Positions 1 to 10,700 of a stretch of DNA of 49,081 bases are shown here, one piece after another; position 1 is the first letter of the stretch, and every line of letters starts with the position of its first letter. The translations under genes were made by a program, and so were the position numbers. The notes beneath the pieces are model-generated. The model had not been told where the DNA came from. It saw only the letters and a list, made by a program, of their open reading frames with translations, and did no database searches. Source of the stretch: an uncultured Solirubrobacteraceae bacterium (GTDB lineage Bacteria; Actinomycetota; Thermoleophilia; Solirubrobacterales; Solirubrobacteraceae); NCBI GenBank assembly GCA_964588985.1, contig CAZPQW010000024.1:1-49081 (forward strand), written 5' to 3'.

Positions 1-2637
1 ATCGGGGCCGCCAAGGGCGGCGGGTACGCGCGCTACTTGGAGTCCAAGACGATCGTTCCTGAGCGCGGCGACTACTACCTGACCCCCGACGGGGAGCCCG
101 CCCAGGCACCGGGCCGGTGGCTGGCTTCCCCGGACACGCTGGCGCGTCTCGGGATCGAGGGGGAGACCGTGGAGGGCCGAGAGTTCATTGCGCTGATGGA
201 AGGCAAACACCCGCGCACTGGCCGGTGGCTGCGACAGCAGGGCGCGAACGGGTTGCGCGGTGGCGGGATCGACTTGACGTTCAGTGCCCCGAAGTCCGTG
301 TCCGTCGTGTGGGCGTTGGGTGATGAGCGGGAGCGTCGTGCGGTCGAGGCCGCGCACGCCGCCGCCGTCACCGAAGCGATGGCGCACCTCACCGAGACCG
401 TGCCCACGGTCCGCCGCTCTTACAACGGGCAGATCGTGGAGGAGTGCGCCGTCGATCTACTCGCCGCGGAGTACCGGCACACCACCGCCCGCGGGGTGAT
501 GGAGAGCGACGCGCCCGACCCGCAACTGCACAGTCATGTCGTGGTCACGAGCGCGATCCGCGACGACGGCCGGATCGTCGCGGTTGCGTCGCGGCCGATC
601 TTTCGCAGCGCGCGGGAGCTCGGCGCGTTCTACCGCTCCGCGCTCGCGCACCAACTCCAGCAGCGCGGGTACAAGATCGAGCGGGGCACAGGGAAGCAGG
701 ATCGGTACTTCGAGATCGCTGGTGTCCCGAGGGGCATGTTGGACGCGTTCTCCGCGCGCACCCGAGAGGTCGCGAGGGCAGCGGAGAGGTTCCGTGCGCA
801 GTGGGGCCGCGCCCCGGAGCGCGGCGAGCTCCGAGCGCTGAAGCTCGAGAACCGCAAGGCCAAGGTTTTGGTCACGCACGCGGATCTGCAGGTGGTGTGG
901 AACGAGACGGCGGGGCGGTTTGAGTTCGCTCGCGACGAGGCCGGGCGACCCCTCTGGGGAGCTGAGGAGGTGGCGCGTGAGGGGTCGCTTGCTGACCGGG
1001 TTGAAGAGCGTTTGACTGAGCGTGCGGCGACGTTCGAGCCGGGCGAGTTTCGGGCCGTCTTGTTGGAGCGGTCGGTGGGTGAGCTGTCTCCGCGTGAGGC
1101 GCTCGCGTTCTCGAGGACGTTGATCGCCGACCGGCACGTCCTGCCGTTGGAGGGTGGGGTGATGACGACGCTCGCCATGAGGGCGCGTGAGCAGGCGATC
1201 GAGCGACGGTTCAGCGAGCTCGCGGAGCCGGGCGGGAGGGATGTGGGGGAGAGCGCTCGCGCTATCGCCGGCGAAGAGATCGCCGAGCGGATCGGCGGGC
1301 AGCTCTCTGAGGAGCAGACCCGAGCGCTCGCGGTGATTACCGGCCCGGAGCGCAGCGCAATCCTGATCGGACCCGCCGGGACCGGGAAGGGCGTCGTGAT
1401 CGACGCAGCCGCACGCGCCGAGCAATACACCGGCCACGACACACTCGGGATCGCCGTGTCCGGGTCGACCGCCCAACGCCTCGGGCAAGACAGCCCGGGG
1501 CTCGCTGGGCAGACGTTGACGCTTGACGCGCTCGTCTCGCGGGTAGAGCGCGGCCGGCTCCACATAGATGAGGACACGACGATCTTCTTCGATGAGGCGG
1601 GGATGGCCGACACGGATCGTCTCGAGCGGCTCACCGAGACCGTGGAGCGCACGGGGGCGAAGCTGGTCGCGATCGGTGATGGGGCGCAGCTTCCCTCGAT
1701 TGGCGCGGGTGGCATGTTCGACCGGCTCGCCCGCCTGGCGCCGAGCGCTGAGCTGTCAAACATCCGGCGCACCCTCGACCGTGCCGAACAGCGCGCGTGG
1801 GCGCACCTGCGCGCTGGGCGCTCGGATAAGGCGATGGCGCACTACCAAGCACGCGGGCAGCTACACATGAGCGACACGCGAGATGAAGCGGTCGAGCACG
1901 CCGCTCGCGCGTGGGCGAAGCTCACCGAGACCCACGACGCCCGTGAGGTCGCGCTGATCTCTGATGCCTCAAACCAAGAGATCGCACGCCTGAACGCACG
2001 CGCGCAGCACTTCCGCGCCGAGCGAGGCGAACTCGGCGAGCTGGAGGTCCAGGTGCCCGGCGTCCACTACGGGGTCCGGCAAGGCGACCGTGTAGCGCTC
2101 ATCGACCAACACCACGAGCCCGGCCAAGAACGCATCGAGAACGGCACCCGTGGCGAAGTGCTCGAGATCACCCCCAACGGAGGAGTCCACGTCGAGTTCG
2201 ACATCACCGGCCGACAACGAACCATCAAAGGTGAGGACCTCGCACGGCTGCGTCTCGGGTATGCGCAGCACATCCACCGCGCGCAAGGCGCGACCGTCAC
2301 CCGCACCCTCGTCGTCACCGGGGGATGGCAGACCAGCAAGGAGCCCGCCTATGTCGAGGCGTCACGCGCCCGCAAGGGCACGAGCTGGTTCGTCTCCCGT
2401 GAGGACCTCGGCACCACAGGGCAAGACAGCGACCGCATCCAGCGCCTCGCTCAGAACATGAGCCGAAGCCACGCGCAAACACCATCCCTCGCGCACCCCG
2501 AGCTACCGGACCTCGACTACGGGACGGGATACCACCCGAAGCTCGCGCCGAGCCGAACCAGGCTCCCAGGGGTCGCTCGATCGATCTACCGAATCGTCCA
2601 TCCCAAGCAAACCCAGGAGCGAACACGAACACGATGA
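1..2637 (+). CDS. mobF: MobF (TrwC/TraI-type) relaxase fused to RecD-like helicase domain; 5' end lies before the window
   Basis: Frame is open from base 1 (IGAAKGGGYARYLES...). Shows GDYYL tyrosines, DLTFSAPKSVS, RHTTAR..DPQLHSH (HUH motif), Walker A GPAGTGKG, FFDEAGM, GDGAQL, HRAQGAT and YVEASRAR helicase motifs. Confidence 0.95.
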   Translation: MGAAKGGGYARYLESKTIVPERGDYYLTPDGEPAQAPGRWLASPDTLARLGIEGETVEGREFIALMEGKHPRTGRWLRQQGANGLRGGGIDLTFSAPKSVSVVWALGDERERRAVEAAHAAAVTEAMAHLTETVPTVRRSYNGQIVEECAVDLLAAEYRHTTARGVMESDAPDPQLHSHVVVTSAIRDDGRIVAVASRPIFRSARELGAFYRSALAHQLQQRGYKIERGTGKQDRYFEIAGVPRGMLDAFSARTREVARAAERFRAQWGRAPERGELRALKLENRKAKVLVTHADLQVVWNETAGRFEFARDEAGRPLWGAEEVAREGSLADRVEERLTERAATFEPGEFRAVLLERSVGELSPREALAFSRTLIADRHVLPLEGGVMTTLAMRAREQAIERRFSELAEPGGRDVGESARAIAGEEIAERIGGQLSEEQTRALAVITGPERSAILIGPAGTGKGVVIDAAARAEQYTGHDTLGIAVSGSTAQRLGQDSPGLAGQTLTLDALVSRVERGRLHIDEDTTIFFDEAGMADTDRLERLTETVERTGAKLVAIGDGAQLPSIGAGGMFDRLARLAPSAELSNIRRTLDRAEQRAWAHLRAGRSDKAMAHYQARGQLHMSDTRDEAVEHAARAWAKLTETHDAREVALISDASNQEIARLNARAQHFRAERGELGELEVQVPGVHYGVRQGDRVALIDQHHEPGQERIENGTRGEVLEITPNGGVHVEFDITGRQRTIKGEDLARLRLGYAQHIHRAQGATVTRTLVVTGGWQTSKEPAYVEASRARKGTSWFVSREDLGTTGQDSDRIQRLAQNMSRSHAQTPSLAHPELPDLDYGTGYHPKLAPSRTRLPGVARSIYRIVHPKQTQERTRTR

Positions 2638-2679
2638 GCAAGAAGATCCAAGTCGTACCACGCGCGCCTACGCCCAAGC

Positions 2680-3102
2680 TCACTGCCCATCGCGCCCGCC
2701 CCGCTTTCCCTTCGGCGGCTCTGCGAGACTCGCGATCAACGCTGCCTGCGTAGAACGCCTAAACCGGGCACGCTGCGCACCCGGCGTCCGTGCAGTCGTC
2801 CCGCCGATCCCGCGACCCGGTGTCGTGGAGATTTGGACTGCGAGCCACTCTTCGAGCATTGCCCGCGTGAAGCGCAGGTGACGCCCGACCCTCAGACACG
2901 GCAGATGACCCAGCCGCGTCGCATCGCGCACCCACGACACCCGCACGTTCAACAGCTCCGCCGCTGCCTCGCAATCCAGCAGAGGCTCCGACAACAGCAC
3001 CAGCTCGTTCTCATCCGGCGTACCGGACTCCTTTCCTCGCGCCCGACCTGACCGACCCCCACCGGGATCGGCCGGCTCAGACCTCTCACTCGCGCTAGCC
3101 AT
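2680..3102 (-). CDS. Excisionase-like helix-turn-helix DNA-binding protein (HTH_17/MerR-like)
   Basis: LLDCEAAAELLNVRVSWVRDATRLGHLPCLRVGRHLRFTRAMLEEWL matches the Xis-type winged HTH pattern; AGGAG RBS upstream. Confidence 0.85.
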   Translation of the reverse strand: MASASERSEPADPGGGRSGRARGKESGTPDENELVLLSEPLLDCEAAAELLNVRVSWVRDATRLGHLPCLRVGRHLRFTRAMLEEWLAVQISTTPGRGIGGTTARTPGAQRARFRRSTQAALIASLAEPPKGKRGGRDGQ

Positions 3103-3246
3103 TACGGATCTCCTTCGCCTACGTCAGGATTCGGGACGCGATCCCCCAACAAGTTCGGGCGAGAACACGTCCCCCTACTGGTAATGACCGTGAGAAGGCA
3201 AAAACGGCCACTCAATTTCGGCGAAGCGCAGCGCTAGCATTCGCCT

Positions 3247-3684
3247 GTGGCTCACCCACACGCCTCTGTGACTTGGAAAACATGGCGCGTATCAGCACCA
3301 GTGCCGCTACACGTGCTGGCTGCCGTGGACAGCTTTCTCATCGCAGCCGCGACGATCACGGCAGCGATTCCGCTACCGGCATGGATCTACTTGCTGGCCC
3401 TCATACCCGGCGCCGCCGTGATCATCGTCTACGGCCATCGGGCTGCGGCTATGCGAGGCATCCGCTCCGTTGAGGAAACGCCACGAACCCAGCTCATGGT
3501 GATGGCCCTACCCAGCGGACTCATTAGCGTCACAGCCCTACACACCGGCCGATACGCAGGACTCGTAATCACTGCATACCTCCTACTCCTCCAAGGCTGG
3601 GAACGAGCTGTCTGGCGACGCTTCGAAAGCACACGCCCGACCCCACCCACGACCGCTGCGGATAGCCAGGTCGCCAGCTCCTAG
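3247..3684 (+). CDS. Hypothetical membrane protein (about 4 hydrophobic segments)
   Basis: Hydrophobic helices in ORF; start uncertain. Confidence 0.5.
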   Translation: MAHPHASVTWKTWRVSAPVPLHVLAAVDSFLIAAATITAAIPLPAWIYLLALIPGAAVIIVYGHRAAAMRGIRSVEETPRTQLMVMALPSGLISVTALHTGRYAGLVITAYLLLLQGWERAVWRRFESTRPTPPTTAADSQVASS

Positions 3685-3945
3685 CAGTCCGGTCGCAAAC
3701 CGCAGAGCACCGAGGGGCGAGAACGCCAAGCGCCAAGCCCACGCCAGCGCCAGTCCAGGCCGCAGCGAACCCTCAGACAACGCGACGGATTGCGGCGCGG
3801 TGGCCGCCGCAACGAGCACCGGAGGCGTCTGGCTAACGCCCTCCTTGTCGAGCCGGACCGCGACTCCAGACCATCAATCGGGGCGAAAACACGCCGGGGA
3901 AGCGCGATTTCCCCACGCTCAAACCGAGCAACAGTGGCGCATCTC

Positions 3946-3969
3946 GGGAGAAAAACCTGGGAGAAAAAC
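3946..3969. repeat. Direct repeat GGGAGAAAAAC x2, probable integrase arm-type sites
   Basis: Exact 11-mer at 3946 and 3959, about 55 bp from the tRNA 3' end. Confidence 0.6.
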
Positions 3970-3988
3970 GAACTTCGAAGAACCAGCT

Positions 3989-4014
3989 CCTGCTAAAAAG
4001 TAAGGCTTAGCAGG
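3989..4014. terminator. Inverted repeat downstream of tRNA-Arg (terminator-like or att-associated)
   Basis: CCTGCTAA-N10-TTAGCAGG, 10 bp beyond the tRNA 3' end. Confidence 0.5.
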
Positions 4015-4024
4015 GTCTTTGTGA

Positions 4025-4098
<74 letters not shown>

Positions 4099-4126
4099 AG
4101 AGGGCGTAGTCTAGTTGGCCGAGCCG

Positions 4127-5125
4127 ATGCGCCACGCCCTGCTGCTTCTCGCGATCATCTGTCTGGCGCCCCCGGCCGCCAGCGCCGACGTGCTGCTGCC
4201 GCCCGCCGGCGGTGTGTTCACGGGCCTCACGGACGGCTCCTACAGCGCGTTCGAAAGCCAGGTCGGCAAGCATCCCGCGGTGCAGGGGGTGTTCGTGACG
4301 TGGGGCAGGACGCTGGGCTCGGCGTTCGGGCAGGCACGCGCGAACCACGCGCGGCTGATGCTCCACATCTCGAGCACCCAGGGCTACGGCGCGCCCGAGG
4401 AAATCACGCCGCACGGCGTCGCGCAGGGTCAGGGCGATGGCTACCTGCTGACGCTCGACGAAGCGATCGCGCAGAGCGGCCAGCCGGTCTACATCCGGCT
4501 GTTCCCCGAGATGGACCAGGCGAACAACGCCTACTGCGCGTTCAACAACGACGGCTCCTCGCGCGGCCCGTCGCATTCCGCCGCGAACTTCCGCCAGGCC
4601 TGGCGGCGAGTCGCGATCGTCCTGCGCGGGGGCACCGTCGCGAGCATCGACTCACGCCTGCGCACCCTCGACATGCCCGCGCTGCACGGCGCCGGCGCGA
4701 CCGCGACGCTGCCCCATCTGCCCGTCGCGATGCTGTGGGTCCCGCAAACCGAAGGCTCGCCCAACACCCAGGCCAACAGCCCCGGCGCGTACTACCCGGG
4801 CAACCAGTACGTGGACTGGGTGGGCACCGACTTCTACAGCCTCTTCCCCAACTTCGGCGGCCTCGAACGCCTCTACACCGCACACCCGGGCAAGCCGTTC
4901 GTGTTCGGCGAGTGGGCGCTGTGGAACGGCGACGCACCCGACTGGGTCAGGCAGCTCTTCGCGTTCGTCAACTCACACAGGCGCGTGCGCATGCTGATCT
5001 ACAACCAGGGTGAACGCACCAACGGGCCGTTCCGGCTCTCGCGCTACCCCAACTCGCGCCGCGAAATCCACCGGTTGATCGCCGCGCCGCGGTTCCTCGC
5101 CTACGCGCCCGAGTGGCTTCACTAG
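4127..5125 (+). CDS. Secreted glycoside hydrolase, GH26-like
   Basis: Signal peptide; PVYIRLFPEMD, YYPGNQYVDWVGTDFY and KPFVFGEW motifs typical of GH26. Confidence 0.8.
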   Translation: MRHALLLLAIICLAPPAASADVLLPPAGGVFTGLTDGSYSAFESQVGKHPAVQGVFVTWGRTLGSAFGQARANHARLMLHISSTQGYGAPEEITPHGVAQGQGDGYLLTLDEAIAQSGQPVYIRLFPEMDQANNAYCAFNNDGSSRGPSHSAANFRQAWRRVAIVLRGGTVASIDSRLRTLDMPALHGAGATATLPHLPVAMLWVPQTEGSPNTQANSPGAYYPGNQYVDWVGTDFYSLFPNFGGLERLYTAHPGKPFVFGEWALWNGDAPDWVRQLFAFVNSHRRVRMLIYNQGERTNGPFRLSRYPNSRREIHRLIAAPRFLAYAPEWLH

Positions 5126-5132
5126 CCGGCCG

Positions 5133-5423
5133 TCAGCCGTGCAGCGCGTTGGCGATGCGCACGACCATCAGGATCGCGAACGCCGCGCCGAGCAGGCGAC
5201 GAAACCAGTTGACGCCCTGCGTGAGCTCTTCGTAGGCCCACACGCCGATCGCCAGGTAGGAGATCGCGACGGCGTAGTCGTGCCCTCTGCCGTGCACCGC
5301 TCCGCCGATCGCGCCCGCGAGCAGACCCACGATGAGCGGCGGGTTGGGGAACTGGACCAGCGGGAAGCCGCGCGGAAAGCCAGTCTCGGTCAGACGCTTG
5401 TAGTCGGAGCGGAGGGCGTGCAC
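5133..5423 (-). CDS. Small membrane protein
   Basis: QFPNPPL...WAYEELTQGVNWFRRLLG with about 3 hydrophobic segments; GC3-rich codon use. Confidence 0.7.
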   Translation of the reverse strand: MHALRSDYKRLTETGFPRGFPLVQFPNPPLIVGLLAGAIGGAVHGRGHDYAVAISYLAIGVWAYEELTQGVNWFRRLLGAAFAILMVVRIANALHG

Positions 5424-5444
5424 GCCGCCCAGTGTATGGGCGCT

Positions 5445-6074
5445 CTACGCCTCACCCGCCGCTCGCACGTCCAGGCCCAGGGCGAGCGCGAGCGCCATCG
5501 TCTGGTCGGGGTCGACGATCATCCCCTGCAGCTTCGCCGCGGCCGGGTCGAGCGTGGAGATGTCCGACCCGCGCACGTCGGCGCGCTCGAGGTCGATGCC
5601 GTGCAGCGAGGCGCCCGAGAGGTCGAGCTCGCGCAACGTCGCGCCCGTGCACCGCGCGCCCGTGAGATCGGCCTCGCGCATGCGCACGCCGGTGAAGCTC
5701 GCGCTGCGCAGGTCCGCGCCGCGCAGGCTCACGAACGACCAGTCGCCGCGCTCGCACACCAACGGCCCGAACCTGCAGCTGTAGAACGTGCTCCCCACGA
5801 GCTTGCAGTCCACGAACGACGCGTCGAAGAACACGCAGCTCGTGAACGTGCAGTTGAGGAACGCCGCGTCCACGTGGCGAGACGAGTTCAGGCGGCAGTC
5901 GCGGAACGTGCATTCGGTGAACAGCGCCCCGCGCCCGTGGGACTCGATCATGTCAACGTCCACGAACGCCACGCGCGTGTGCTCACTCGCGGACAGGTCC
6001 TTGCCGTACCAATCCGTCTTCGCCACCTCCGTCTCGGTCGCTGGTTGCGACGCGCCGTGCTGCCGGTCGGCCAT
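5445..6074 (-). CDS. Pentapeptide repeat protein (MfpA/Qnr-like fold)
   Basis: Tandem [A/C/S]-x-[F/L]-x-x repeats (CTFRD, AAFLN, ASFVD, ADLRS, ADLTG). Confidence 0.92.
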   Translation of the reverse strand: MADRQHGASQPATETEVAKTDWYGKDLSASEHTRVAFVDVDMIESHGRGALFTECTFRDCRLNSSRHVDAAFLNCTFTSCVFFDASFVDCKLVGSTFYSCRFGPLVCERGDWSFVSLRGADLRSASFTGVRMREADLTGARCTGATLRELDLSGASLHGIDLERADVRGSDISTLDPAAAKLQGMIVDPDQTMALALALGLDVRAAGEA

Positions 6075-6106
6075 ACGCGTGAGTATCGGCGATCATCCGG
6101 TGGGAC

Positions 6107-6526
6107 ATGCTGCTCTACAATTCCCAGGTCTCGGGCAACTGCTACAAGGTGCGGCTGCTGCTGGCGCACCTCGGCCGCGACTACGAGCGCCGCGAGCTCG
6201 ACGTGATCGACCGCTCCGATCGCGCGGAGATCCTCGGAGACCTCAACCCCGCACTGCGCGTGCCCACGCTCGTGTTCGACGACGGGCGTGCGCTGGCGGA
6301 GTCCAACGCGATCGTCTGGTTTCTCGGCGACGGCACGCGGATCGAGCGCCACCTCGCCACGCGCACGTTCCTCGTCGGCGAGCGCTACACGATCGCCGAC
6401 ATCGCGCTGTACGCGTACACGCACGTCGCGCACGAGGGCGGCTTCGATCTCGCCCCATATGACGCGATCCACGCGTGGCTCGAGCGCGTCGCGACACAGC
6501 CGCGCCACGTGCCGATCACCGCCTGA
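6107..6526 (+). CDS. Glutathione S-transferase family protein, apparently with internal deletion
   Basis: SGNCYKVRL, LNPALRVPTL, LAESNAI N-domain and FLVGERYTIADIALY C-domain motifs, but only 139 aa. Confidence 0.8.
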   Translation: MLLYNSQVSGNCYKVRLLLAHLGRDYERRELDVIDRSDRAEILGDLNPALRVPTLVFDDGRALAESNAIVWFLGDGTRIERHLATRTFLVGERYTIADIALYAYTHVAHEGGFDLAPYDAIHAWLERVATQPRHVPITA

Positions 6527-6841
6527 GCGACCCTCACGTCGAGGAGGTGCTGCGAAAGCGCCGGACAGCGTAGGCGAGCGCGAGCACCTTCATCCCCCAT
6601 TCGGGCGCCTTCCACAGCGCGCGCAGGCCCAAGATCAGCTCGATGTCGACGGATGTCAGATGGGGCCACATGGGGCGACTCAACCCTCGGCGGGACTTCC
6701 CGGCCGCCGCACATCCTCCCCATGCGGCAAGAATTTCGATAGTCCACGTTTCTCTCTAAGACAGACGTCTGCATTTATGCCCGGTTTTGCTGACTTCTCG
6801 CCAGGACCTCACGTTTTCGTGATCTCAGCCGTTAGTCGAGC

Positions 6842-7732
6842 GTGAACCGCCAAGACCTGCGCTTCCCCTCAGGCGCCGACTCCTGCGCGGCCTGGCTCTA
6901 CACGCCCTCCGACGACGCACCGTCCACCCCGATCGTGGTCATGGCGCACGGCCTGTCGGGCACGCGACGCGACGGGCTCGGCCCGTTCGCCGAGCGCTTC
7001 GCCGCCGCGGGGATCGCCGCGCTCGTGTTCGACCATCGCGGCTTCGGCGACAGCGGCGGCGAGCCCGACCTCTTCCACCCCGCTCGCCAGCTCGAGGACT
7101 GGCGCGCCGCGATCGCCTTCGCCCGCGCCCAGCCCGGCATCGACGGTGACCGCGTGGCGACGTTCGGGTCCTCGATGGGCGCGGGCAACGCGCTCGCCGC
7201 CGCAGCGCAGGACCCTCGCGTGGCCGCCTCCATCGGGCAGGTTCCCTTCCTCGACATGTGGCGCCAGGCGCACCGCTCCTCTCCGCTCGTGAGCGCCCGG
7301 ATGGTGCTCGCCGCGGTGCTCCGGCGCCACCTGCCGGCCGTGGGACAGCCCAACGAGGCAGCATTCATAAACGCTCCAAACGCCGAGGAAGGCTGGCGGC
7401 ACGTCGTCGCGACAGGCGAGGACTCGCGCTGGCGCGACCGCGTGTCCGCGCGCTGGCTGCTCGGACGCCCCTACCGCCCGGTGCGTCACGCCGCACGGCT
7501 CCACTGCCCATGGCTCGTGTGCGTCGGCGAGGCCGACCGTGTCGCGAAGCCCGGCCCCGCGATCGCCGCGGCGCGCCGTGCGCCGCTCGGCGAGCTGCGC
7601 ACGTATCCCGGCGTCGATCACTTCGACATCTACGACGGCCCGCACCACGAGGCGCTCGTCGCCGATCAGCTCGCGTTCCTGCGGCGACATCTGCTCGGCG
7701 ATGCCGCGCAGCCCCGCGAGGCTCAGCTGTAG
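6842..7732 (+). CDS. Alpha/beta hydrolase (S15/S9-like)
   Basis: VMAHGLSG, FDHRGFGDSGG, nucleophile elbow GSSMG, Asp (EADR) and His (DHFD). Confidence 0.92.
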   Translation: MNRQDLRFPSGADSCAAWLYTPSDDAPSTPIVVMAHGLSGTRRDGLGPFAERFAAAGIAALVFDHRGFGDSGGEPDLFHPARQLEDWRAAIAFARAQPGIDGDRVATFGSSMGAGNALAAAAQDPRVAASIGQVPFLDMWRQAHRSSPLVSARMVLAAVLRRHLPAVGQPNEAAFINAPNAEEGWRHVVATGEDSRWRDRVSARWLLGRPYRPVRHAARLHCPWLVCVGEADRVAKPGPAIAAARRAPLGELRTYPGVDHFDIYDGPHHEALVADQLAFLRRHLLGDAAQPREAQL

Positions 7733-10700
7733 GTGAATTCGTCGCCCGGCCTGGCGACCGCGCTGGTCGCTTTGTTGGCCTGAGCGGTCACGTCCACAGT
7801 TCCCGCCGGGTTGGCCGGCACCACGACCGTGCAGCTCGTGGTGGTCGCGCAGCTCACGGAACTCGACTTCCTCGCGCCGAACTTCAGCGTCGTGCCGGTC
7901 GTGCCCACGACGAACCCCTCCCCGGTGACCGTCACGGTCGCGCCCCCCGCCACCGGTCCGCCGTTCGGGCTGACGCCGGTCACCACGGGGAGGTACTTGA
8001 AGCGGTCCTTGGTGGAGACCGCGCTGACCCCGCCGGCGGCCGTCACGGTCACGTCCGTCAGGCCGGCGGCTCCAGGGGGAGAGACCGCGGTTATGGACGT
8101 CGCGGAGTTGACGGTGAAGCTCGTCGCGGGATTGCCCCCGAAGCTCACCGCGGTCGCGCCGGTCAGTTCCTTGCCGGTGATCGTCACGCTCGTGCCGCCC
8201 GCCGCGGAGCCCGTCTTTACCGAGAGCTTCGTCACGACCGGCGCGACCATGTAGGTGTAGCGGTCCGCGGGGCTCGCCGGGCTGATGCCCGCGGCGGTCG
8301 CGATCGTGACGTCGACGATGCCTTTGCCGGCGGGAGCGACGGCCGTCGCGGTGGTCGGCGAGGTGACGGTGAAGCTCGTCGCCGCGACCGTCCCGAAGCG
8401 CACCGCCGTGGCGCCCGTGAAGTTGACGCCCGTGAGCGACACCGTGTTCCCGCCGCCGGCGGGGCCGAGCCTGGGGCTCACGCCAGCGATCGCGGGGATC
8501 GGTTCGCTGTCGGCGAGCACCTGCGAGCCGCCCGCGGAGATGCCCACGACCGAGCCGAGTCCGCTCACCGCCACCGGGAGGTCGCTCGGAGCGCCGGTGA
8601 GGCCGTCGCCCAGGGTGCCCCATTCGTCGATGCCCCACGCCATCGCCGAGCCGTTGCCCAGCAGGGCCACGCTGTCGCCCGTGCCGGCGGAGATCGCCGT
8701 GACTCCCGACAGGCCGCTCACCGCGACGGGCGTTTCCTGGCGCGGCTCGATCGCGCCGTCGCCGATCTCGCCGTAGCTGTCTTCGCCCCACGCCATCACC
8801 GTGTGGTCGCCCATCAGCGCGAGCCCGTGTTCGGCTCCCGCCGCGATCGCCGTCACGCCCGTCAGCGCGCCCACCTGCACCGGCACGTCGCTGAGTTCCT
8901 GTTCTTCGCCGAGCGAGCCATTCGCGAGCTGACCGTATTCGTCGCTGCCCCACGCCATCACCGTGCCGTTGGAGAGCAGCGCGAGGCTGAAGTTGGCGCC
9001 CGCGGCGACAGCGGTCACGCCCGTCAGGCCTTTGACCGCGACCGGCACCGTGCTCGATTTGAGGTTGCCCGTGCCGAGCTGTCCGCTTTCGTCATTGCCC
9101 CACGCCATCACCGTGCCGTTCGCGAGCAGCGCGAGGCTGTGAGCGGCTCCCGCGGATACCGCCTTCACGCCGGTGAGACCTTTGACGGCGGTCGGGACTT
9201 CTTCGCCTTCCCTGATCGCGCCGATGCCCAGCTGTCCGCTTTCGTCGCCTCCCCACGCCATCACGGTGCCGTTCGCCAGCAGCGCGAGGCTGTGGTTGGC
9301 GCCGGCGGAGATCGCCTTCACGCCGGTGAGGCCGGGCACGGGAACCGGCACGTTGCTCGTGATGACGCTCTTCGGCGCGCCCAGCTGGCCGTATTCGTTG
9401 TCGCCCCACGCGTCCACCGTTCCGCCCGCGAGCAGCGCGAGGCTGTGACGGCCGCCCGCGGCGACCGACGCGACGAAGTGCAGGCCGCTCACGGTCACGG
9501 GCACGTCGCTGAACGCGTTGGTCGTGCCGTCGCCGAGCTGGCGGAACAGGTTCTGCCCCCACGCGACCGCTTTGTAGTGGTAGGTCGCGACCGTCAGCGT
9601 CGCCGCTTCGCTTGTCGCTTTGCCCACGATGTTGGTGAACGTCGCGCGATACTCGCGACCGCTTTCGGCGAGTTCGACGGCGGCGATCGTGAGCTGGCTA
9701 GACGTGGCGCCTTCGATCGCGGTCCACGTGGAGCCACCGTTGGTGGAGAGTTCCCACTGCACGGTCGGAGTAGGAGAGCCCGAGGCGAGCGCTTCGAACG
9801 TGACGCCCTGGCCCGCTTCGACCGTTTCGCCAGCGGGCTGCCTGGTCACGGCGGGGGGCGAGCGGACGGTCAGCGACACGGCGCTCGTGACCGCTTCGCC
9901 CGCCGCGTTCCTGAACACCGCTCGGAGCAGCTCGCCGCTTTCCGACGTCGTCGCGGCGACGATCGTGAGGGCGGCCGAGGTGGCGCCTTCGATCGCGCTC
10001 CACGACGCGCCGCCGTCGATCGAGCGCTGCCACTGCACGGTCGGCGCGGGGAATCCCGAGGCGGCCGCTTCGAACACCGCGTTCTGGCCCGCCTGCACGG
10101 TCAGCGCGACGGGCTGCTTGGTCACCACGGGGAGGATCCTGACGGTGAGCGTGACCGCTTCGGTGACCGCCCTGCCGGAGGCGTTTTTGAACGTCACGCG
10201 GTACTGGTGGCCGCTTTCGGTCGTCTTCACGCTCGCGATCGTCAGCTGGTTTGAGGTGGCGCCGGAGATCGCGCTGAAGGTGATGCCGTTGTTCGTCGAC
10301 AGTTCCCACTGCACGGTCGGCGCGGGCAGCCCCGAGGCGCTCGCTTCGAGCACCGTGCTCTGGCCAGCTTCGAGCGTCACGTTCGCCGGCTGTTTGGTGA
10401 TCGCGGGCGCCACGTGAACGGTGAGCGCTCCCGCGGAGCTGGTCGCTTCGCCGGCCACGTTCTTGAACACCACCCGCAGCAGCTCGCCGTTTTCCGACGC
10501 TTTCGCCGCGACAATCGTCACCGAGGTCGAGGTCGCGCCTTCGATCGCGCTCCACGACGCGCCGCCGTTGCTGGAGAGCTCCCACTGCGCCGTGGGCGTC
10601 GGAGTGCCGGAGGCGACCGCCGTGAACGTCCCGTTCTGGCCTTCTTCGACCGTGACGCCCGCCGGCTGTTTGGTGATTTTGGGGGCTTTGGCTGTTTCCG

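Larger units (their letters stand above)
1..4024. mobile_element. End of an integrative mobilisable element inserted at the 3' end of tRNA-Arg(ACG)
   Basis: Relaxase + excisionase-like gene + direct repeats and hairpin directly adjoining the tRNA 3' end; integrase and the other end are not in the window. Confidence 0.7.

Noticed and set aside
5445-6074. Calling the pentapeptide protein a quinolone-resistance gene (qnr/mfpA)
   Set aside because: Fold is clear but function cannot be assigned from repeats alone
7258-10254. 998-aa plus-strand ORF and 694-aa minus-strand ORF (6869-8953)
   Set aside because: Arg/Gly/Ala-rich shadow frames of high-GC genes with no domain motifs
8500-10680. Recurring DNA repeats (e.g. 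GCCCCACGCCATCACCGTGCCGTT, CCACTGCACGGTCGG) that could suggest a CRISPR array
   Set aside because: They are coding repeats of RCC1 and Ig domains within one ORF; spacing is far longer than CRISPR spacers and no cas genes are present
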